Source: an uncultured Myxococcaceae bacterium
Lineage (GTDB): Bacteria; Myxococcota_A; Polyangia; Polyangiales; Ga0077539
DNA: 64,000 nt
Assembly (NCBI GenBank): GCA_966211675.1
Contig: CBIHPK010000007.1
Span: 24,086 to 88,085 of the forward strand
Direction: 5' to 3'
Positions 32,281 to 40,363 of the stretch are shown piece by piece. The notes under the pieces are model-generated. The model was not told the DNA's origin. It saw only the letters and a list, made by a program, of their open reading frames with translations, and ran no database searches. The position numbers were made by a program, and so were the translations under genes. Each line of letters opens with the position of its first letter. Within the stretch, counting starts at the first letter, position 1.

Positions 32281-33858
32281 GTGCGCCGCGCCGTCCCGAC
32301 CGTGCTGCTGCTCGCCCTGCTCCCGGCGTGTCCCCGGCGGCGTGAGACCCCGACCCCCGCGCCCGAGGCGGGCGTCTCGTCTCGTCCCATCGCCCTCGAC
32401 GAGCCGCGCGACGCCGCCGCGGACGCCCCCGTCGATGCGCAGCCCGACCGACCCACGGTGGTCCTGCGCGGACCCTGGCAGCGCCTCCCGCTCGCCCGCT
32501 GGACCGACCCCGCCCGGCTCGGTCGCTGGGACGATCCCCCGGACTTCGACGGCGACGGCCTGCCCGACGAGGTGTTCGCGATGGATGCCCGGCTGGTGAC
32601 CTGCGAACCGGCCCACCGCGACGTCCCCTGCCCCGCGATCGGCGAGGAGGACGGCGGCGGCGACGCGGACGACGGCCCGGCGCGCGTGGCGCTCATCGCC
32701 CGCTTCAGCGCCGACCTGGACACCGCCGCCACCACCGGGCGCCTCTTCGGACTGCAGCGCGTGTGGCGCTCTCGCAGCGCGCCGACCTCCCGCATCGACG
32801 CCGTGCGCTTCGGAGACTTCGGTCGCGGCGTGAGCGTTCGCACCACCCTGCTCGTCGACCACGGAGCGGGCCTGCGAGACACCGTCGACCGCGTCGACCT
32901 CTACCTCGGAGCCGGCCTCGACCGCCCCGCCGGAACCCTCGTCCACCACTGCCTCCGCACCCTCGACGGAACCTTCCAGCGCGCAGGGGCCATCGCCGCT
33001 CCCCTGCCCTCCGAGACCCCGACCCTCTGGCGCTTCGCCTCGGCGCACCCCTTCTCCGGGTGCGAGACCGACGCGGTCACCCTCGACGCTTCACTCGGCC
33101 AGACGCTCTCTCGCGGGGTTCAGCTCCTCGACCTCCGCGCCTCGCCCATCGAGACCCACCGCGACGTCCGCCTCGCCATCGCCGACGGCCGGGCCCGCGT
33201 GGTGGAGCGCGAGCCGCGCGGCGGCGATGGCGGCTTCGAGGGCGACCCCCTGGCGCTGGGGGCGGTGCGGGTGATGGCCGTGGCGCGACGCTGCGACGTC
33301 GACCTCGTGCGCTACCAGCACCAGGACAAGTCCTGCCTCCTCCGGGTCGAGCGGCCCCGGTCCGACGCGCGGTGCGATCCCTCGCTCGCTCCGGCCGCGA
33401 GCTTCGACGACGCCCGCGCCGTCGCGCTCGTGCCCGGCGCCGACGCCTCCATGCCCGCGCTGGTGCTGCACCGCGCCGGAGCGCTGGTGTCCGTGCAGCT
33501 CCCTCCGCGATGCGGCGTCGGCCACCGCGCGGTCGAGACCCAGCCCTACCGGGGCGCGATCCCCGCCGGGACGCCGGTGTCCACCGACGGCGCCCTGGTG
33601 CTCTTCGCCGACGGCCGCGACCTCTGGCTGGCGCGCTCGGGCGACCCGCGACCCGCCCTGGTCAACGTCCCCGGCGCCGGGCTCCCCAGGGGGACCGTTC
33701 GCGCCGTGGCCTTCCTCGACCATCGTCAGGTCGCGGTGGCCATGGCGCGCTCTCTCTACGAGTTCACCCTCGACGTACCGGAGCCCATGCTCGACGTCCC
33801 GGCGACGCTGCGCGTGGACGCCTCGGAGCTCTACAGGGCCGTTCGCGCACCGCGCTGA
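32281..33858 (+). CDS. Hypothetical lipoprotein (525 aa)
   Basis: GTG start 3 nt after the reductase stop. Signal plus lipobox MRRAVPTVLLLALLPAC. It contains DFDGDGLPDEV (an FG-GAP/Ca-binding-like motif). No family assigned. Confidence 0.6.
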   Translation: MRRAVPTVLLLALLPACPRRRETPTPAPEAGVSSRPIALDEPRDAAADAPVDAQPDRPTVVLRGPWQRLPLARWTDPARLGRWDDPPDFDGDGLPDEVFAMDARLVTCEPAHRDVPCPAIGEEDGGGDADDGPARVALIARFSADLDTAATTGRLFGLQRVWRSRSAPTSRIDAVRFGDFGRGVSVRTTLLVDHGAGLRDTVDRVDLYLGAGLDRPAGTLVHHCLRTLDGTFQRAGAIAAPLPSETPTLWRFASAHPFSGCETDAVTLDASLGQTLSRGVQLLDLRASPIETHRDVRLAIADGRARVVEREPRGGDGGFEGDPLALGAVRVMAVARRCDVDLVRYQHQDKSCLLRVERPRSDARCDPSLAPAASFDDARAVALVPGADASMPALVLHRAGALVSVQLPPRCGVGHRAVETQPYRGAIPAGTPVSTDGALVLFADGRDLWLARSGDPRPALVNVPGAGLPRGTVRAVAFLDHRQVAVAMARSLYEFTLDVPEPMLDVPATLRVDASELYRAVRAPR

Positions 33859-33907
33859 GCGGCGTCGTCCGGCGATCGCGGAGAGCGCCCGTCGACGGCC
33901 CTCACCC

Positions 33908-34396
33908 TCAGCGCGCCTGATCGCGGGTGCGCACGCTCGCGTGGCGCTCGGTCGCGTAGGTCTGCGGATCACCCGAGGCGCGGTCCTCGCCGACGCTCGC
34001 GGTGCGCACCACGGCCGGGTCGCAGCCGCGGGCGACGAGCACCGCGCGGATGGCCTCGGCGCGGTCGTGACCGAGCTGGTGGTTCTCCGGCGCCGTGCCT
34101 CGCGGGTCGGCGCTGCCGACGATGGAGACGTCCCGAACGGCGCCGCGCTGGATGCACTCCGCGAGGCCCCCGAGCACCGCGCGAGAGGTCTCGGAGAGGG
34201 CCGCCGAGCCGGTCTCGAAGAAGACCTCCCAGTCGTTGCACTGCGAGCCGGTGGCGATGCGCTCGGGCGGCGGAGCGGGCTGGTGCGCGTGGGCATGAGA
34301 GGCGTTGGCGGCGACCGGGTCGGGGCCGGGCGCCGTCGCACAGCCGAACGAGAGGGCGCCAGCAGAGACGAGAACGAGCGAGAGCATCTTGATCAT
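33908..34396 (-). CDS. OmpA-family peptidoglycan-binding lipoprotein (Pal-like)
   Basis: 162 aa. Lipobox LSFGC. OmpA_C blocks: FFETGSAALS, SIVGSADPRGTAPENHQLGHDRAEAIRAVLVARG. Confidence 0.8.
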   Translation of the reverse strand: MIKMLSLVLVSAGALSFGCATAPGPDPVAANASHAHAHQPAPPPERIATGSQCNDWEVFFETGSAALSETSRAVLGGLAECIQRGAVRDVSIVGSADPRGTAPENHQLGHDRAEAIRAVLVARGCDPAVVRTASVGEDRASGDPQTYATERHASVRTRDQAR

Positions 34397-34434
34397 CAGG
34401 GGGTCATCTCCTTGGGAAGCAGATCCCGCCCTTG

Positions 34435-34450
34435 AGCAGTGGACGTGCCA
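34435..34450 (-). promoter_or_regulatory. Sigma-54 -24/-12 promoter candidate upstream of the OmpA-family gene
   Basis: The minus strand reads TGGCACGTCCACTGCT, against the consensus TGGCACG-N4-TTGCW. GG-to-GC spacing is correct, with one mismatch (C for T at -14). About 39 nt separate it from the ATG, with AAGGAG in between. Confidence 0.45.
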
Positions 34451-34503
34451 CGCGCTGCATCGCCGCGTTTCCCTCTCTCACGGCGATGGAGTCCGCCGCA
34501 GCG

Positions 34504-34558
34504 CGCCACAGGTGGGCGACCCTGTCGGCGGTGATTGATGCTCCTCGCCACAGGCGGG
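34504..34558. promoter_or_regulatory. 13-bp direct repeat CGCCACAGG(T/C)GGG x2 with 42-bp phasing, between the two sigma-54 candidates
   Basis: The copies are at about 34504-34516 and 34546-34558 and differ at one position. They sit upstream of both -24/-12 candidates, so they are possible enhancer (UAS) sites. Confidence 0.35.
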
Positions 34559-34594
34559 TGTGGCAGTCCGGGCCTACGACGCGGGGCGTGGCGC

Positions 34595-34610
34595 TGGCAC
34601 TGCGCGTGCG
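34595..34610 (+). promoter_or_regulatory. Sigma-54 -24/-12 promoter candidate upstream of the 34624 lipoprotein gene
   Basis: The plus strand reads TGGCACTGCGCGTGCG. GG-to-GC spacing is correct and TGGCAC is perfect, but the -12 element is GTGC. It lies only about 14 nt from the ATG, which implies a near-leaderless mRNA and lowers confidence. Confidence 0.35.
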
Positions 34611-34623
34611 AAGAGCAGTCGCG

Positions 34624-35619
34624 ATGAAGTCGTTGCTACAGCGCTGCCTCGGGGTGTGGCTGATCGCCGCGAGCCTCGGGTGCGTGCTGACCCCCGGGGC
34701 CGCGCGCGACCTCGCCAATACCACTCCCCCGCTGGCGATCAACTCCACGCTTCGCGCGCTCAACGAGGAGGAGAACCAGCGGCTCCTGGTGCGGCTCCTC
34801 GCGAGCCCGGAGATGCGCGAGGCGGCGCGGGCGCTGGCCGGAGAGATCGCCGACGGGACGCTGAGCGCGATGACCGAGCCCGAGCGCGTGGAGCGCATCG
34901 AGCAGATCTCCGCGCGCTACGTGGCGACGCTCACGCGAACGGTCACCCGGAGCATGGCGGAGGGGCTGCGAAGGGACCTCGCCCCGGCCCTCGCGGAGGT
35001 GACGCGGACGATGGTCTCGAGCGCGATGCGCGAGGCGCTGCGCGAGGGCTACCAGCGCGACCTGGAGCGCGTCGCGAGCGGCGTCAGCCGGGCGAGCGCC
35101 GAGGCCGCGAGCCGAGGCATGGCCGACGGGATCACCCGCGACCTCGTGCCCTCGATGCGAGAGGCGCTGCTCAACGAGCAGACCGCGGTCGCCATGAGGA
35201 CGGCCATGCGCTCGCTCGCGAGGGAGGCGGTGCTGGGGAGCAACGAGGCCATGACGCAGATCCAGCGGCAGCAGGATCGGGGCGCGCAGCCGTCGTTCTT
35301 GAGCCGACTGTCGAGCATCTCCGAGGACGGGGTGCGGATCATGCGGCTCGTGAGCGTGATCGCGATCGTGCTGGTGCTGCTGCTGGGCGTCTGGGTGATC
35401 CGGCTCGTGCAGCGGGGGAGGCGCGTCGCGGCCGAGAGCGAGCGCAACGCGGCGTCGGCGGTGATGTTCGCGCAGGCCATCCGCGCGGCGGAGGGGAAGC
35501 CCTGGTCCAAGGAGCTCACCGAGCTGCTTCAGGAGCGGCTGAAGAGCGACGCCGTCTCGGGGTTCATCGATGACGTGCTCAAGCCCCGCCCCCCGACCGG
35601 CAGGCGCCGCTCGGCCTGA
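34624..35619 (+). CDS. Hypothetical helical-repeat protein with an N-terminal lipobox and a C-terminal TM
   Basis: I chose ATG M65 (MKSLLQRCLGVWLIAASLGC) in ORF 34432..35619. Recurrent M-R/A-E-A/G-L-R-x-x-x-RDL-like helices. TM IMRLVSVIAIVLVLLLGVWVI near the C-terminus. Confidence 0.6.
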   Translation: MKSLLQRCLGVWLIAASLGCVLTPGAARDLANTTPPLAINSTLRALNEEENQRLLVRLLASPEMREAARALAGEIADGTLSAMTEPERVERIEQISARYVATLTRTVTRSMAEGLRRDLAPALAEVTRTMVSSAMREALREGYQRDLERVASGVSRASAEAASRGMADGITRDLVPSMREALLNEQTAVAMRTAMRSLAREAVLGSNEAMTQIQRQQDRGAQPSFLSRLSSISEDGVRIMRLVSVIAIVLVLLLGVWVIRLVQRGRRVAAESERNAASAVMFAQAIRAAEGKPWSKELTELLQERLKSDAVSGFIDDVLKPRPPTGRRRSA

Positions 35620-35621
35620 GC

Positions 35622-37001
35622 CTACGCATCCGTAGGGCCCGCGGCCCTGGCGACGAGCTCGCGGTGCTTCTGCGGCGAGCGCAGCGCCTGGTAGCGCAGC
35701 ACCTTGTCGCGGATCAGCGGACGCACCCGGAAGGCCTCCGCCGCCGGGTCACGGATGGAGGGCTCGCGCTCGAACCAGTCCTGCACCTGGGCCACGAGCT
35801 CCTCGGGGAAGAGGCGCGCGAGGGTGTCCTCGTTGACCACGTCGAGGTAGCAGACGCGCACGAACCAGCCCTGCTCCGTGGGGCTCATCCACCGCGTCGT
35901 GCGGTCGTGGAACTTCTTCAGGAACAGCGCCGAGTCGGCCCCCTCGCGCCCCGACTCGTCGAGCACCAGGCTGAGCAGATAGGGGAAGCCCTGCGTCGCC
36001 TCGAAGAGGGCCTCGCGGCGCTCCGTCGCCACCTCCGCGCGCTCCAGCATGGCGAGCGCGGTCGCGCGGTCGAAGGGCGCGAGGCGCACCTGCGCGGCGA
36101 CGTAGCGCTGGCAGTGCTGCGCCCACGAGGGGCTCATCGCGTCGAGGTCGTCGCGCCCGGCGATCACCAGCACCGTCTTGAAGGGCGCCCGCGCCAGCCT
36201 CGGAATCAGCGCCCCCACCAGGAACTCCTCCAGAGTCGGGGCCAGCGCCTCGAAGTCGTCGACGACCATGAGCAGGTCGTTGGTGCGCGGACCGATCGGG
36301 TCGTGCGTGATGCGGTGCCAGTCGTCCTTGCGGTAGCCGCGCAGGGCCGCGGAGAGGTCCGTGAGCATCGCGTCGGCGGTGACCCCGTAGAGGTCGCCGC
36401 GCACCCGGTTCTGGAAGGTCACGCCCAGGAGGTCGCGCAGAGGCCCGGGCAGCCGCGTCGATTGCCGCAGCGGGGCGAGGGTCTCGAGCAGGTCCCACGC
36501 CGCGTCGAGCGTCGCGCTCACGCTGGTCTCCGAGAGCCCGATGGCCCGCACGTCGAGGTAGCCGCGGGTCTTGGGCACCGTCTCGTTGAGCCGGTGGCCC
36601 GCCCGCAGCAGCGCCACGGCGACCTTCTTCACGTCGTCCCTCGCGCTCCCGAGCTCCTCGGCCACCTCGTCGAGGAGGGCGCGGTGCGCGGCCGCCACCC
36701 GGCGCACCTGGGGGAAGTAGTCGGCCTCGGGGCGCGCCGGAGCCTCCAGGCTGCGAGGCATGAGCTGGTCGAGCAGCGCGAAGAAGTCGCCCACCGAAGC
36801 GCGGTTGGAGCCGTCGACCCGCAGCCTCAGGTAGCCCAGCGCCTCCGGGTCGGCCGCGGCCATCGCGTCGTCGATGAAGAAGGACTTGCCCACGCCCCCA
36901 GGGCCGCTCACCCCGACGATGGACACCTGCGTCGGCGGGCGAGCGATCACCGCCGTGAGCTCTGTGACCTCGGAGCGATGAATGGCGTCCATGACGGTCA
37001 T
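35622..37001 (-). CDS. STAND/AAA_16-like P-loop NTPase with a 200-aa insert between Walker A and Walker B
   Basis: 459 aa. Walker A VGVSGPGGVGKSF (K39). Walker B LLMVVDDFE (about residue 245). Downstream VLVIAGRDD and RLAPFDRATALAML resemble STAND sensor motifs. No effector domain recognised. Confidence 0.65.
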   Translation of the reverse strand: MTVMDAIHRSEVTELTAVIARPPTQVSIVGVSGPGGVGKSFFIDDAMAAADPEALGYLRLRVDGSNRASVGDFFALLDQLMPRSLEAPARPEADYFPQVRRVAAAHRALLDEVAEELGSARDDVKKVAVALLRAGHRLNETVPKTRGYLDVRAIGLSETSVSATLDAAWDLLETLAPLRQSTRLPGPLRDLLGVTFQNRVRGDLYGVTADAMLTDLSAALRGYRKDDWHRITHDPIGPRTNDLLMVVDDFEALAPTLEEFLVGALIPRLARAPFKTVLVIAGRDDLDAMSPSWAQHCQRYVAAQVRLAPFDRATALAMLERAEVATERREALFEATQGFPYLLSLVLDESGREGADSALFLKKFHDRTTRWMSPTEQGWFVRVCYLDVVNEDTLARLFPEELVAQVQDWFEREPSIRDPAAEAFRVRPLIRDKVLRYQALRSPQKHRELVARAAGPTDA

Positions 37002-37053
37002 CGTGCCACGGCGCGCACGCCCTCCCGCCGAACCCTTCGCGAAGCCGTGGGAT

Positions 37054-38286
37054 TCAGCGCGGCGGGGGACGCGTGGGGAGCCCCCCGTTGGGGCGCACGG
37101 GAACCGACGTGAGCGGCGCTCGCCCGGTCGGGTCGCGAGGCGGGCTCCGTCCGTCCCAGCCGCCCGCGTAGAACCACCGAGCCCCGGGCGCCCTCAGGTC
37201 GCGAGGGACCGCGTCCCCCACGGCCCAGGCACCCGCCACCCAGGCGTAGGGGAGCGTCGCGTCGGTGAGCCCCTGGCCCTCGACGGTGAGCGGGCCGCAG
37301 CGCACGCCCGGACGGCCGGCGCACCATGCCGGCATCTCGCCCGGCCCCATCAGCAGCCAGAGCGCGCTCGCCTCGCCCTCGCCTGCCTCCGCGAAGCCTC
37401 GCGGGCCGAGGTGCGCGAGCGAGCTCGCCGTTGCCCCGTCGGTCCAGCGCCCGGCCTCGGTCGGCGCTCGCTCGCGCATCACGCGCACGAACACCTGCTC
37501 GTCGCCCAGCGGGAACCACCCCGTCGCGTCGAAGGGGACGACCGAGCGGTACTCCGCGATGCCCTCCGCCACGACGCGCTCGCCCACCGTGCCGACCACC
37601 GCGAGCACCCCGGCGGGCGCGCCCCGTGGGAACAGCACCGGCAGCGTCGGCGTCGCTGCGCCCATGAGGTAGGGCGTCGCGTTCGACTCGGCCGTCGCGA
37701 AGTACGAGTACACCGTGACCGTGACCCCTCGGCCCCCGCCCGGCAGCGGCGTCGGGCGCGTCGAGAGGAGCTGCACCAGCCCGTCGCTCCCGAGCGAGTA
37801 GGGCGGCGCCGCGAGCGTCCAGCCTACGTTCGCGCGGCAGGTGAGCAGCGCCAGCGCCGGGGAGTCCACCTGCCGGTCGCGCTCGATCGCCGCGCCCACG
37901 GGCGCCAACAGCGCCACCAGCGCGCCGCCCGGGAGCACGTCGGTCGGCGTCACCGCGAGCACCTCGAAGCCCTCGGCCCTCGTCGCGGGGAAGAGCGGCG
38001 AGAGGTCCATCACCCGCTCCCTCGGGCGGCGGTATCCGCCCACCCGCGAGTCCGCGAGCACATGGTCGGGCTCGAGGCCGGAGAGCGCGACATGGATGGG
38101 TCCCTGCGCACAGGGGTCGAGGGCGGGGCCCGCGTCGACGACCGCCACCACCGGGACGCCAGCGTCGGTCGGGGCCTCGGCCACGGGGGGAGCCGTGCGA
38201 GGCTCCGGCTCGGGCCGAGGCGTCGAGGCGCAGCCCACGGCGAGCGAGAACAGAAGCGCGCAGCGAGCGAGTGGGGCGCTCACCAC
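37054..38286 (-). CDS. Hypothetical lipoprotein (410 aa)
   Basis: GTG start overlapping the gloA stop by 7 nt. Lipobox LFSLAVGC. No family recognised. Confidence 0.6.
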   Translation of the reverse strand: MVSAPLARCALLFSLAVGCASTPRPEPEPRTAPPVAEAPTDAGVPVVAVVDAGPALDPCAQGPIHVALSGLEPDHVLADSRVGGYRRPRERVMDLSPLFPATRAEGFEVLAVTPTDVLPGGALVALLAPVGAAIERDRQVDSPALALLTCRANVGWTLAAPPYSLGSDGLVQLLSTRPTPLPGGGRGVTVTVYSYFATAESNATPYLMGAATPTLPVLFPRGAPAGVLAVVGTVGERVVAEGIAEYRSVVPFDATGWFPLGDEQVFVRVMRERAPTEAGRWTDGATASSLAHLGPRGFAEAGEGEASALWLLMGPGEMPAWCAGRPGVRCGPLTVEGQGLTDATLPYAWVAGAWAVGDAVPRDLRAPGARWFYAGGWDGRSPPRDPTGRAPLTSVPVRPNGGLPTRPPPR

Positions 38287-38705
38287 GACCCCGTGTTGGG
38301 CATCGAGGACCAGGGCTCCGCCGGAGCGAGCGCTCCACCGCGCTGGAGAAGCTCCACGGAGTGCCCGTCGGGGGACTTCACGAAGGCCATGTGCCCGTCG
38401 CGAGGCGGCCGGTGGATCGTGACGCCCGCGTCGCGCAGCCGGGCGCAGGTGGCGTAGAGGTCGTCGACCTCGAAGGCGAGGTGCCCGAAGAATCGCCCCG
38501 TGGCGTAGGGCTCGGACTCATCCCAGTTGTGCGTGAGCTCGATCTCCGCCGCGTCCCCCTCGGCGCCGGTCCCGAGGAAGACCAGCGTGAAGCGCCCCTG
38601 CGGAGAGTCGCGGCGACGGAGCTCGCGGAGCCCGAGGCATCGCACGAAGAAGTCCAGGGCGCGGTCGAGGTCTCGCACGCGCAGCATCGTGTGGAGGAAT
38701 CGCAT
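38280..38705 (-). CDS. gloA: Lactoylglutathione lyase (glyoxalase I)
   Basis: 141 aa. [52 protein letters not shown]. Confidence 0.85.
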   Translation of the reverse strand: MRFLHTMLRVRDLDRALDFFVRCLGLRELRRRDSPQGRFTLVFLGTGAEGDAAEIELTHNWDESEPYATGRFFGHLAFEVDDLYATCARLRDAGVTIHRPPRDGHMAFVKSPDGHSVELLQRGGALAPAEPWSSMPNTGSW

Positions 38706-38805
38706 GGCGCTCCTTCGATATCACGGTGCCGCGAGCGCGAGGCGCCTCCGGATCGCTCCGTCGCCCGGGGGCCGGTCGCCGCCGCGCCTGGCACGCGCAA
38801 GCGCC

Positions 38806-39552
38806 CTATCGAGTCGTGCAGGCCCCTCGCTGCACCGCGTCCTCGAGCGCCGCCTGCCACGCCACGAGGTCGTCCGGCAGCGGGGCCTCGATCGAGAGCG
38901 GCGCTCCGGTCGAGGAGGTCAGCGCGATGTGGGCGGCGTGCAGCGAGAGGCGGCCGAGCACCACCGCGTCGTCGTCTTTACCCAGGTCGGTATTCGTGAC
39001 CTTCGCGGCGCGCCCGTAGACCGGGTCGACCACCAGCGGCGCGTCGACCGATCGGAGGTGCACCCTGATCTGGTGCTGCCGGCCGGTCTCCGGCGACAGC
39101 TCGACGGCGCAGAGGGTCCCGCACTTCAGGCCCTCCCAGCGGCGCAGCACCCGGTAGCGGGTGCGCGACGGGAGGGCGCCCTCCTCGTTGGGCGCGGCGG
39201 GGCGCATCTTGCCCTTGCGTGCGGAGTGCAGCGGCGTGTCGATGACTCCCTCGTCGGCCGGCATCGCGCCACGCGTCCAGGCCAGGTAGCGCTTCTGCAC
39301 CTGGCGGCCCTCGAAGAGCCCGTTGAGCCGGCGGTGCTCGCCCGCGGTGCGAGCGAAGAGCAGCACGCCGCTCGTGTCCCGGTCGAGGCGGTGCACCACC
39401 CAGAGCTTCTCTCCGCGAGAGGCCTCCAGCGCGGCCTGGAGGCAGAGGCCCGTCTCCTCGCCTCGCGCCGGGATCACCACCACGCCCGGGGGCTTCGACA
39501 CGGCGATCATCGAGGCATCTTCGTAGAGCAGGGGGGCGTTCACCGGCGGCAC
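38806..39552 (-). CDS. RluA-family pseudouridine synthase
   Basis: Motifs: LLYEDASMIAVSKPPGVVV, catalytic HRLDRDTSGVLLFAR, TGRQHQIRVHL. The longest ORF reaches 39633 but would overlap the divergent recT-like start. In-frame GTG candidates at 39552 and 39543 fit the usual short N-terminus. The start is uncertain. Confidence 0.8.
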   Translation of the reverse strand: MPPVNAPLLYEDASMIAVSKPPGVVVIPARGEETGLCLQAALEASRGEKLWVVHRLDRDTSGVLLFARTAGEHRRLNGLFEGRQVQKRYLAWTRGAMPADEGVIDTPLHSARKGKMRPAAPNEEGALPSRTRYRVLRRWEGLKCGTLCAVELSPETGRQHQIRVHLRSVDAPLVVDPVYGRAAKVTNTDLGKDDDAVVLGRLSLHAAHIALTSSTGAPLSIEAPLPDDLVAWQAALEDAVQRGACTTR

Positions 39553-39607
39553 CGTACACCGCCGACACCTTGCGCCGACCACTGAACATCTGTACGGTAT
39601 CGGTCCT

Positions 39608-40363
39608 ATGGACTCGAAGGCAGGCGCTTCCATGGACCCGTCGTCGCTGGCGGTGCGCGAGCATCAGCCGCTGGAGTTCACCGAGGCCCAGCGGCGCCTC
39701 ATTCGCGACGCCTACGCCAACGGGGCGAGCGACGAGGAGTTCGCGGTGCTGATGGAGATCGCCCGCGCGCGGAGGCTCAACCCGCTGCTCCGGCAGATCC
39801 ATTTCGTGAGCCGCTGGGACAACGACAAGCACCGCGCGGTGTGGGCCGCGCAGGTGGCCATCGACGGTCTGCGCGCCATCGCCGAGCGCACGGGCCTCTA
39901 CGCGGGGCAGGACGAGCCGGAGTTCGTCGAGAACCCCGACGGCACGCTCAAGCTCTGCCGCGTCCGGGTGTGGCGCCGCGACTGGCCCCGCCCCGCGGTG
40001 GGGGTCGCTTACTGGAACGAGTATTGTCAGCTCGCCCGCGATCGGGCCACGGGCAAGTCCCGGCCGACCGCGATGTGGGCCCGGATGCCCCACGTGATGC
40101 TGGCCAAGTGCGCCGAGTCGCTGGCGCTGCGGAAGGCCTTCCCCGAAGACATGTCCGGGCTCTACACCTCCGAGGAGATGGGCAACGCGCCCGGGCCGTC
40201 GCCGCTCCCGGCTCCCGCGCCGACCCCCCAACCGACGGTGGTCCAACGAGTCGAGACCCGCGTGGAGGAGCGCGTCGCGGTCCCGGGCAACACCCCCGCA
40301 CTCGGCCCGCTGCGAGTGGTCCCCTCAGCCCCCAGCGACCCCTGGCGCGACTACCTCGGCTGA
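39608..40363 (+). CDS. RecT/Bet-family single-strand annealing protein (phage-type recombinase)
   Basis: 251 aa. QVAIDGLRAIAERTGLYAGQDEPEF and MWARMPHVMLAKCAESLALRKAFPEDMSGLYTSEEM match my memory of the conserved RecT/Bet blocks. Alternative start M9 at 39632. Confidence 0.75.
   Translation: MDSKAGASMDPSSLAVREHQPLEFTEAQRRLIRDAYANGASDEEFAVLMEIARARRLNPLLRQIHFVSRWDNDKHRAVWAAQVAIDGLRAIAERTGLYAGQDEPEFVENPDGTLKLCRVRVWRRDWPRPAVGVAYWNEYCQLARDRATGKSRPTAMWARMPHVMLAKCAESLALRKAFPEDMSGLYTSEEMGNAPGPSPLPAPAPTPQPTVVQRVETRVEERVAVPGNTPALGPLRVVPSAPSDPWRDYLG

Noticed and set aside
33859-33907. Short GC-rich palindromes in convergent gaps (for example CCGTCGACGG near 33885 and GCGCG-AGCTC-CGCGC near 30830), considered as rho-independent terminators.
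   Set aside because: The stems are only 5 bp or the sequences are self-palindromic without loops, and no U-tract follows. Such palindromes are expected by chance at this GC content, so no terminator features were called.
38768-38785. A TGGCACGCGCAAGCG motif in the gap between gloA and the rluA-family gene.
   Set aside because: The GC element is one nucleotide too close. The motif is on the plus strand while both flanking genes are on the minus strand, so it would drive only antisense transcription.
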